In this document: positions 44,454-55,200 of the stretch, piece by piece
Layout of the letters: each line of letters starts with the position of its first letter
How positions within the stretch are numbered: position 1 is the first letter of the stretch
Origin: Lytechinus pictus
Lineage: Eukaryota
Direction: 5' to 3'
DNA length: 64,000 nt
NCBI RefSeq assembly: GCF_037042905.1
Contig: NC_087245.1
Span: 3,722,001 to 3,786,000 of the forward strand
Notes under the pieces: model-generated
Seen by the model: only the letters and a program-made list of their open reading frames with translations
Told to the model about the DNA's origin: nothing
Databases searched by the model: none
Program-made: the position numbers and the translations under genes

Positions 44454-44775
44454 GGTGAACTGTAGCCTATAATATACTATAGACGGAGGCTAGGTGAACT
44501 GAGGAAGAAGTTGTCGCAGAATTGAAGACAATTAATGGGTCTGAATATCAGACTAGGAGCTGAGCTGGCTGTAATGCATGACAATCCTATCGCTAGTCTG
44601 CTGGGCAAACCCTTCGCTCGAGTTAAGGGTCTGAATGTGCAGCCTACTCATGCCTTGTGCACTGAAGGCTCTCTCGCGAAGGACAGCAAGTTTTGTATGT
44701 GCTAGTCTTTGCGTGGAGGCACCCTTGTTGATCAAAGTTCCAATGAGGGTCTGGGCCTGCAGACTATCCTATCGC
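44454..44775. repeat. Cluster of TAG...CTA double-palindrome units with 9-bp flanking direct repeats upstream of NOP58
   Basis: Units at 44463-44492, 44537-44555 (half), 44594-44646 and 44703-44766. Direct repeats GGTGAACTG (44454 and 44493) and TCCTATCGC (44585 and 44767). Confidence 0.65.
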
Positions 44776-44887
44776 TGCGTTTGGTGATTTTTCTACATGT
44801 GGCCGGTCGGTCCCATTTGCATATGCAGTACCGCGTGGTCGTTGCGGCTGTTGAGAATCCACAATCACGAACGAAAAGCTTGCAATT
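44670..44887 (+). promoter_or_regulatory. Putative NOP58 proximal promoter / 5' UTR
   Basis: CpG-rich stretch directly before the ATG, with a TCTCGCGA motif (about 44672) and an ATTTGCAT octamer (44815-44822). The TSS cannot be determined from sequence. Confidence 0.4.
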
Positions 44888-46196
44888 ATGTTGGTCCTCT
44901 TTGAATCGCCGGCAGGATATGCCATTTTTAAGGTAGATTATTTTGCATATTAGCTACAAATATTACTTTTATGTGAAATCATGTGATAGGTGCATGAAAT
45001 TAATTGCGTATTGGTGATTATGAAACTATATCATTCTTGTGTCCAGTCCCATTGCCTCACATTTGTGTTGGTTGTAGGTAGATGTAATTTAGATCTGAGA
45101 CTTGAGAGTGAGACGTGACACTGTAACTTGTTAAGTCATTGACATTGTAAGTACTATAACTAAGTGTAATTACACTTAACCATTGTAATTTAAGTTAGTT
45201 GTAACAGTCTAGTTGAGTCCATTCAAACAAGCTGTTAATATTTTTTTGGATAACAAAATCTGCATATTTTCCCCTGTAAATTACTGACACTATAGTATAG
45301 GCCCTACTGAAATTTGAATATCTCCGTCAATATTTCAGACGCAGTGCTTGGGGGGGGGGCACTCAGTATATAAGGCATAGTGGGTACGTGTCGCGGAGGG
45401 GACCCCAATTTTTACACTCAAATTTCTGTTCCAAGGCATAACATTTTTGTCTTAATTATTGAGAAAAACAAAGAAAGCCGCTCCAAAGCATAGCATTTTC
45501 TTATCGTGAAAAAAGAAATCCGCTCCAAAGGCAAAGCTTCGTATATTTTCCGTTACGCCGTTCCGTCTGCATTGATCTGCTACAATGAGCCGCAATTTTG
45601 GTGAAAAGCGGCCGCAGAGTGCTGTCCAACTATCGCCTCTGCGCTATTTGATGAGATTCCTTAAGTTCAAGATTTAAAAAAGTCACTGAATTCCCTACAT
45701 AAAATGGCAGTCTTCGGAGTCTTGAATCAACGACTGCTAAAATAAATGCAATGGTCTGGAACTTGCCACATAGAAATGGGGGTCTCCGGAACTCCTATGA
45801 CTGCGCCGATCAACCTCGCTGCTCTGAGTAGTTCAAGATGGGCATACACTGGAACGAGAAACCACAAATTTGAGGGTCTCTGGAACGGGGTAAAATAGGA
45901 ATTGCTTTGGCGTTCTAAATTTGTGATGCTCTGGGGAGCGTTTCATGAAAGGACTTGTCGGACGTTTTATCCGACAAGTCCCATTTTATCCGACAGTTAC
46001 TATAGTAACAGTGCAGTGCCTCTCAGCCAATCAGAATCAAGGAAAGATGTCAGATCTGAAAATGTTGATGAAATGGTCCCCTGTAATGTAAATTTAGGCT
46101 GATATTGCAGAGCGGCCGGTAAACAAACAGTCATACACTCATATATACCGTAAGTAACGGACTATAAACCGCACCCGAGTATTAACCGCACCCCCA

Positions 46197-46240
<44 letters not shown>

Positions 46241-49200
46241 TTCTCACATATTTGAGGTACGAAGAAACAAAAACTCAGTTAAAGATTTCAAGGTATCCAA
46301 AGAGATTACCGGTATGCGAAAATCTGCTGTTCTTGATCAATTCATCTAAATGTTAGCAAGAAAGAAAAGTCCCGACAATATTGGCCACTTACAAGTTACA
46401 CACTCACCTCACAGTCACAGTGTACACACACACAGCACTGCTGTTCTTACATTGCAAACTTAGATACGGTACCAGCAGTACATCTTATCAAATTATGATG
46501 TGTCTTTCCCAGCGTAGGAGGAAGAAACATTCACATTTCTTGCATCACAACCTCACAATCACTTTCAGAATTTGTCTAGCATTCGATGTCTTAGCATGAA
46601 TTTTGGATACGGGATTACAGGAAGGTTCAAGAAACAAAGAAATTGGCATTTTTTCCAATTGTTATACGGCTTTGTGCCGTCTCTCTCGTTGCGTGGTGTA
46701 CATGGTATCTTATGAAAAGCAAACGAGAAAGAAAAAATAAGCTGGCGCGAAACGGGACTTTCGCGGCCGGGAGGGGTTAAAATGAATAGCGCCAGCTTAA
46801 GTCGCACTATATAGCCACAATACAATGCAAGCTAGCTCTAGCTCTCAGCTGTGACAAAATATTACCGAGTATGCTTGGTTTCTCTTTGAACTTAGCCAGG
46901 GTACTTCGCTGCTTTGAATCGAGAATAAAGTCGAAATTAGTGTCATGAAGGTGGGTGCGTTTGTTATGGACAATATTTGATTAAGATCGATTAATAATCG
47001 CTTCCCATTACCCGCGGCTCATACCCCTCTAAATGACATTGCCCTGGGCGGCTACCCCCGGCCACTCGATGTGTTGTGAACTTGCAGACGTCTTACATGT
47101 TCGGGAGGGGTTACGGCGGGCTGGCTCAGACCCGTCACCGTGGATAAACCGCACCCCCGACTTTTGCTTCTATCTCGCCGAGAAAAAGGTGCGGTTAATA
47201 GACCGTTACTTACGGTAATCTATTGGGAAAATGGTCCTACCTTATCACTCTGTCTCTAGCTCCTATCGTCAGGCACACTCACTCATAAAGCGAAGTCCGT
47301 ACCATCCTTGGGTTGTGTGTAGTACTAGTGCAGTGGTGGTGAGTGAAGATCTATATTGTATTCATATTCCCGCCGGTGGGTCATGTGATTCGCGAATGGA
47401 GTGGTGTCTGCTTAAACTACTAGTGATCCCCCCTAACACCATACTTCCCCCACCCTAAAAAAATTGGGTGACCTATTTTCTATATAACTTAATATAACTG
47501 AACATACTTAACTTAGCATAAGGTATAACTTAACATAAGGTAACACTAAACATAAAGTATACATCAACATACATTTGTTGTGTTTGTTCTTCCTCTTTTT
47601 TGTTTTCTTGATCATATCTTTTTCTTTCTTTTCTTTTTTCTTATTCTTTGATTTCTTTTTTTTTCTTTTTCTTCTTTCGTTTTTCTTTTTCTCTTCTTGA
47701 TTTTTTCTTCTGTGATCTTTTTTGTTCTTTTTATCTTCTTCTGTAATCTTTTTATTTTCTTCTTTTGTGATCTTTTTCTTTTCTTTCTCTGTGATCTTTT
47801 TCTTTTTTCTGACTCTTATTTGTTCATAAACATAAATATAACAAATATATACATCAATATATATACATCATTACCAATCATAAATAATATTCTTACCTTG
47901 TCTCTGCCATGATATAAATTAATTAAATAAGATTACTGCGTGTAACTATGTACCAAGGTAAAAATGAATATGTAAAATAATAAATATATGCATGTATACA
48001 TATAGGATATTGCCAACCACCTAACTTTTCTATTTTATTAATACATTAATATATATACAATAAGGGATGCGTACAAAATAAATTGGGTAATAAATTACAG
48101 GTGAAATTATGTCGTAAATTATAGGCATCCATTTTATCTTTCTTGTATTGCATTAAAGTATACTTCATATAAAAAAAAAAATTTGCCTCCGACGAAGATT
48201 CTGCTAGGATCGAAAGCTTAGGCCCCTTTTGACTTACTAATTTACTCCATTGGCTCTCATATTAGATAAGCAGCTTTCAGCAGCTTCTTTTTGCCATTCA
48301 TATAAAATAAATAGATTCGCACAGTGGTAGGCAGAGACAGGTGCAAGAGAGTAGCATTGTCCCTTTATTTGAGGCAATAGAACTCCCTCGTATTAGTCTG
48401 CCATAACCAGGATTGATACTCAATTCAAGATGGACACGTTCCATGGGGGCGCTTGCATGAAAACCTTTCGTAGGATGCCTCCCAGAACGGGTCGCTTTCT
48501 TGTTTTACAAGTTGCACACCTGGCTTTGCAGATGCGAGTGTCTTCCGACATGCCGTATCGGTAGTACTGAGTGCTACCGATCCCAGCATGCCCTGCTGAA
48601 GGAGGATCATGACTAAGCCGAATGATGTAACGTCTCAGTGATTCAGGAATCACCATTACATCACTCTCGTCCTCCATTAAGATAACTCCTTCTTTATAAA
48701 GGTAGAAGAGTTCCCTGTTTGTCCACAAAAAATTTCCATTGGGCGGGAGGAGAAACAGAGTCTCTTCAACCGTCTCTTTCTTGTCAACCACTTGCAGAGG
48801 GGCTTGAGGAGTTGGTCTCGTTTCTCGTGATTCGTGATCTTGACTAAATTGTCCGAAGGTGGTTCCTCTGCCACCTCACCTGGGTCAACTATTCGGATCT
48901 GAAATGAATTGGCTTTGTTGAAGGATATATCTATGCGCATTACAGGGAATGATTCTTCAACAGCCACATTTGGGACCCTTTGTCTTTGACTTAATTTCTT
49001 TTTAAGTAGAAGCCTTCTCGACTCCTGTTCCCCTGGGGCCAGCCCTTCAATAGAGTGGCTCCAGGGATCCAGAAGGTGAAGAAGTAGATCAAATTCATGA
49101 GTATCCACAATGGGACACATTCTGAAGGTTCTACATCAGGTCCTACAATCAAGACTTATAAGCCTTCCCAATCATATCACCATGTTTTATGAATCTTCTT

Positions 49201-52200
49201 GTTGTATGATTGGTAGGTCTTCACCATTCATAGTTAAGATAGCATTTGGGATGCTACATGTAATATTGACATTGTGTTTTCGTAAAAAGTCAACGCCAAA
49301 CAGCATCTCATCTGCTATCGGAGCTACATAAATCTTCTTGCTGAGTATTTGGGTACCCAGCTTAATGTTGATAGACCCTACCACAACGCTGTCCATTGTA
49401 TGTCTCGGCCAGCCCCCTTAAGAATTACACGCATAAGGATGGGCAGCCGAGGCTGGAGGCGATTGAATAGCCTATCTGAAATAATGGTGACAGCTGCCGC
49501 AGTGTCCAAAACTGATGTAATGGGCTCTTTGCCAACTGTCATCTCATCACTCAATGTTGAAGTAGACACAATTCTACAAATGACTACTTCAACCTCTTGA
49601 TCTTTAACCTCACCAAAAATGTCTGGTGGCCATGGCGGATTCCTCCAAGGGACCTCTGTTACCTCAGAGAATTTGCTTGCGAGTCTGGTGCCCTTGGGTT
49701 ACCATGGTCTTGTGGCATTACATGTAGGCTGTCCTTTAATGGAATGGAGATGGTGGGGGTGGGAACCTGTGATCGTATCGGGGATTCCCCATCTCCTCCA
49801 ATCCGTGTCCATGTCCCTCCTCGAAGGTGACAGCCCTCAGTTGTCTGTTCTGAGCAGACGATCTCCCCATGGGGCAGGCCCTACTGAAATTGCCTTCTTC
49901 CCCACAGTTGAAGTAGCCTGTGAAGTTTCGCTGCCGATCGGTTGGTGGAAGGACCGAAAATGGTCTTCTGCCTCCTTCTGACCGATCTGGCCTTCTATTA
50001 GAGTTATACCTCGGCCTGTCTGATGTACCCGGAGCCCGGCCAGAGGTATAATTTGGTCTGTCCGGTGGTCCCAGAGCTCGGCCAGATGTATATTTTGGTC
50101 TGTCAGCTGTGATAGGGGCACGGCCAGAGGAGTAACTCGACTGGCCTCTTGACACTGACAAAAGTTCTTTAGTACTTTGAGACAGATCCGTGATTGCAGC
50201 GACCATCAAATCCATCTTGCATTCTGGCCTCCAGAGCACTAATCCTGAGGAGACGACTCTTGTACCCTAAGGTTATTCTTATCCTCTCCTACAGATAGCT
50301 GCCTTACCTCGTTCCTCAGCCTAGGGCCATGCGTATCCATGGTCTTCTGGGTAAACTGAAACCATTTGTACTTAGTCATGGCTTCATCTAATGTCCCAGG
50401 CCGAGAAGTTAGGACAAGTCATGGCTTCATCTAATGTCCCTGGCCAAGAAGTTAGGACATGATGCCCTACATCTTTGTCTTGGGCACCCTGGCAGAACCT
50501 TGCCACTACAAGTTCTTGGAAGAAATTGTTGGGTAGGCCTGCAAAGGCCTGACATGCAAGGGTCATAAGCCTATCTGCCTATTTGATAATGTCTTCATCC
50601 CCATGTTGAAAAGCCGATTGAAATTGCATCTGAGTAACTTCCAGAGATAGCGAATCGCTTTTCCAACTTGGTAACCAAGTCAGAGAAGGCGATATTTGCA
50701 TTACTCTCCGGGATGAGAGCCATGAACTTACTGGCTTCGGCCTCCAACGCGAGACACAGCTGATATTTTTTGTCTGCTTCAGACATGCTGTGTCTTTCGG
50801 TGTACAGTTGGAACTTTGTATAGAAGGCCGCCCAACTTTCCTTGCCGTCGAACGAAAAAGTCTTCGGCAAAGGGGTTGGTCTATAAAGAGGGGGCCTTCT
50901 GTTGTCATACACACTTTGTACCACAGGTCTTGAGGCCGAAGTAAGTCGGGTGACACGGGGCGGCTGATTTCTTGTTGGCAGCCCCAAGTATCCAGGACTT
51001 ACTGATGGCCTTGTGGTGTTTCTATGTTAATTGCTTACTGGGCCTCCTTGTCCATCTCCTTGGGGTCCAGCGCCTTGATGCACGGGGTTGCTATCCCCAT
51101 ATTGCAAGTCACATGGTCCTTGGGGAGAGGTTTGCGGGGCCACAGTGTTATGATAGTGAGGCGGATATCTGCTTCCAGCCCACGATGGGCAATACCCACC
51201 ATAGGAGGCAGCAGGGTTGCTGTATGGAGGAGCTGGTTGTCCAATTCCTCCACGTGGCATCATTTGCATCATCCAAAACATCACGCCATACATTTCCTCG
51301 TACTGTGCTTGCGTAAAGTGTGGAACGGCCTGTGGATAGCTATGTGGAGGTGTCTGGGTAGTTTGGTTGAACATTGCTGGTCGGCCACTCTGAGCTCTGG
51401 GAGCCTGACAATGCAAATCTACTTGGGCACGAGGACCAAATTAGAACTGGGGTCCTGGTTGGGAAGCTACCTGGGCACGAGGACCAAATTGGAACTGGGG
51501 TCCTGGTGGGGTAGCTAGTGGTGGTGTAACTTGGTGGGGACCCTGTGGTGGGAACAGGCCATCGTTCCATCCTGAAAATCCAAATTGATTAGCCCATAGG
51601 GACTTAGCCCTATCTTGTGGAGAGGCCGAAGGCTGCTGAATAGGAGTACCAACTGGCCTCCCCCCTGTGAAGAATGCATGTGCCTCCCCGGCCTGTGTCT
51701 GAGAAGGCTGGCCTACAGCACCTTGTGCCCTATGTGCGTGGGTGTGCTGTGGCCAAACCTTAAACGCCTGGCTCACGGGGGGCTGCTTCGAATGAATTAG
51801 TGGAACACTCGTAGAAGGCTTGTCTCCTTCGGAGCGCACTTCTCTACAGTTGACATTACGAGCCATTGTTGTTGGCTCATAATCAAAGGCGTAAACTAAC
51901 AGTTCCGCCTTGGGTATGTGAGGATCGACAAGAATGTCTCCGACCGCCTCCCTCGCATGTAGAATGCGGTTGGCGGTGGCCATACCCACTCCGGGCAGAC
52001 TCATCAATTCCTCAGATGAACAAAAGTTGATTTTGATTCTTGTTAGGTTGCTCGCCATCTTGATGTAGAGAATAAAATAAATCAGTCACCATAGTCAATT
52101 GAAAATAAATTTGGGACAAATTAAATTAAAAAATTGAACTGGAATTAACCAGAAATTGTCCTGCAGACTACTTTGTCTTGCGGATAAAATCAAAATAAAT

Positions 52201-55200
52201 CTTGGACATAATGAACTTAAAAGAAAAAATAACAGAACTAACCTCAAAATATCCTGAGAATGTAATCAAATTAAAATCCAGAGGCTATCTTGCCTAAAAA
52301 ATAAAATTCCTGTATGATTTAATTCTTAGGAGCGAAAAGAAAAAAAAAGCAAACAAACGCTCACTTGTTCGAAGAGAGATATGAAATATAAGAATAATTT
52401 CAAATAAATTCTTATTTAATTATATATGTATATGTATATATTTTTTTTTGACAAAAGTTAATATTTACAAGTAAAATAATTGTTTCAATCAAATTTGCTT
52501 TTCTCTATTCGCAAAAAGGGGAAAAGAGAAACAATTGGAACAGGGCGCTACATAAGCACTTGCCCGATTGCCCGGGGCAAGTAAAAGTTCGAGTCAGGCA
52601 AGTGTTTTGAAGTAAAGACCCAAACTACTTGCCCAAATTGGGCAAGCAAAATTATCAGTAGAATGACCAAAATTAGGGTTGATATGATATATTGACCCTA
52701 ATTTGGGTCATGGCAGGCAAGATAAAATCACTTTGGAAAAAGAAATGCAATAACAAAGTAGATCAGTTCATGTCAAATGAGAGGAAAAGGTCAATGGTTT
52801 ATAAAACCGCAAAACTTTCTTTTGAATAGGTAAAACTTTTTTTTCATTGCTTTTTATTCGGGCAAGTATATTCCAACTATTTGAAAATTTACTTGCCCGA
52901 CTGGGCAAGTGCTTCTAAAAAGTTATGTAGCACCCTGCGGAATAATATACAATTTATTTAAATATAGGCCTATACACAATTTATTTAATTATGCAATCTA
53001 TAATTTATTAATTAAATGTGAATTGATATTAAGATCAGCAGCACAGCTCACAGCATCCACTCAACAGCAGCAGCAACAAAATATTTGATATAACAGCAAC
53101 AACAACAAAATATTTAATACAACAGCAGCAGCAACAACAAAATGATTAATACAAGACTGAATTTCCTGATCTGAGACGTAACCAAAAATAAATAATAAAT
53201 CCCTAACAATTCAACAGCAGCAGCAGCAGCAGCAAATTTCTGGTGTTTTCTCCAAAAAACACCCAGAAATCTAATTACAAAAATATAATACAGCAAATAA
53301 TACAGCATCAGCGTGGCGGTCAAAGGAGAAAAGCAAGATCAACTCACAATTGTATCATCAATAATATTCACCAACACATTCACACTGCATACGGCACTCA
53401 GCTCACTCACGTCGCAAATTCACAAACCCAATCAGTAACACAGTCAAATGCAATCAAAAATTCGTCAAAGTCAATCACACTCGGTGGCCTGGAAAGATAA
53501 TTATCCTTACGAGGGAAGATTTCAATATGTTCAACTAGATATGTGTATATTTACCTAAATAAAGAAAAAAAGAAAGAAAGAAAAAAATAAAATATTGTTT
53601 GTCCCAAAAGATCTGAATTTTACTCAGTCTAGATCTAAATGAGTAGATCTAGATGTAAACAGTAGAGGCGCTTGTCCAAAAGTACTTCTACAATAATAAT
53701 TGCTTCTTGTTTTATTGAACACCGTGAATAGATGAGATGTTATGGACCATGTTTTCCTACAATTATCAACATTTTATATCAAAGTTACAAAAAAAAATTT
53801 TGAAATTATTTTTCCTATTGCAGCTTCTTGATGAGAAGAAACTTCAGAAGGTTGATGATCTGTACAAATCATTTGACTCTCCAGAACAAGCAAGCAAGGT
53901 GTAAGTATAACACACTTTGCAACTTCAATTGGAAATTTACTCAAATTGTATTCCTGATATGTGAAGACAAGAAAAAACGGAAGCCTTTCCGTTTTGGTAA
54001 AGATTATCTTATCCAAATTACATGTGACTATTATTGTAACATTCAAATCTTACAAAATTATCTTGACCGTCATTAAAATCAAATTTGGCTATTAATTTAT
54101 TATTGCCTTGTCTGAAGTTGTCTCGATAATGTAAATAGTTTTCTGGAGAAAATCCTTCAAAAGCTTATAGATTGAGATATATTTGGAAGCTAAGAACAAG
54201 CCAATCAAGTATTTGTGTGTTAAGTTGCTTAAAATGGATATGAGACAAGGAGTGGTTAAAAAAGTGAAGGACCCAGCTTTTTTAATTAAGACATTTTGAT
54301 TGTAAGATTTACCAAGTCTTACTTTAGATAATTAAGCTTGCATCTTTCATATATGTTTTTATGAATTATTGTGATTTAAAATGTAGGCTAAATGAGTAGT
54401 CTTGATTTCTGAAAATAAAATTGTATGGGCCTTATTGATTATTTACATGTACAAACAGGGGAATGTAAATGGGTATTTGATTATTTGACTAATTTTCACT
54501 TGGATAAAATGCATAAGCTTACATGTACATACAAATAGTATGTAAGATGTTGAGAATATGTGTGAAGTAAGTCATTCTTGATTGTTTTTCATCTTAATCA
54601 GGAAATCCTGTGATGATTTATGTTATGATTTCATGTTTTGCATTTTTTATAGACTGAAGCTAAAACAGTTTGAGAAATTTCAAGACACAACTGAAGCCTT
54701 GGCAGGTAAATCTATGATGAACATTCTGGTCCTCATCATCACTTAAATAACTTAAGTAGAAATGTAAATGATTTAACTTGTACCCGCCATTTATTGGTGG
54801 TATTTTAAGTCCCATATTGTACATCAAAATTGTTGATAACAATCATTTGAATTCAAAGCTTATAATTTGTTTAAATTTTATTAAGGTTATAGGAATTAAG
54901 GTCGCACTTTGTAGATACCAGGGAAATATTGGGGAACTCATTTAACCCTAAAAAGGACTGGGCTGTTTGAGATGTATTGAGGACTGGAGGGGACCATGAT
55001 TTGGCCTGCACATTCTTTACCACACAAGCCAGTTAACATAAAATATCCTAAAATAATTTTTTATTTATTAATAAAAATATGCAAAGTTATTCATGAAAAA
55101 CATAATTTGCATATTTAACACCCAATTTCACTTCAAATTTTCATATTTTCCCCTCAAATGTCATCTTATTTAGAGGTCTTCACTAATTTTAAAAGGAAAA

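Larger units (their letters stand above)
46082..52058 (-). mobile_element. Decayed Gypsy-type LTR retrotransposon in NOP58 intron 1
   Basis: Frameshifted fragments in the order gag (52058-49736; [14 protein letters not shown], knuckle relic [13 protein letters not shown]), protease ([19 protein letters not shown], 49569-49187) and integrase zinc domain ([16 protein letters not shown], 48791-48420). RT and RNase H were not seen. A polypurine tract AGGGTGGGGGAAGTA (47442-47456) abuts a putative 3' LTR, TGGTG..TACA (47441-46082), which is interrupted by a MITE. Confidence 0.85.

Noticed and set aside
44540..44800. snRNA, RNase P or telomerase RNA gene next to the octamer motif
   Set aside because: No Sm site, conserved RNase P regions or CUAACCCU template were recognisable. 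The structure is better explained by the palindromic TAG...CTA units.
54605..54740. Additional box C/D snoRNAs at TGATGA motifs around NOP58 exon 3 (also about 57000-57180 and 60960)
   Set aside because: No properly placed box D with terminal stem, and no recognisable rRNA antisense element.
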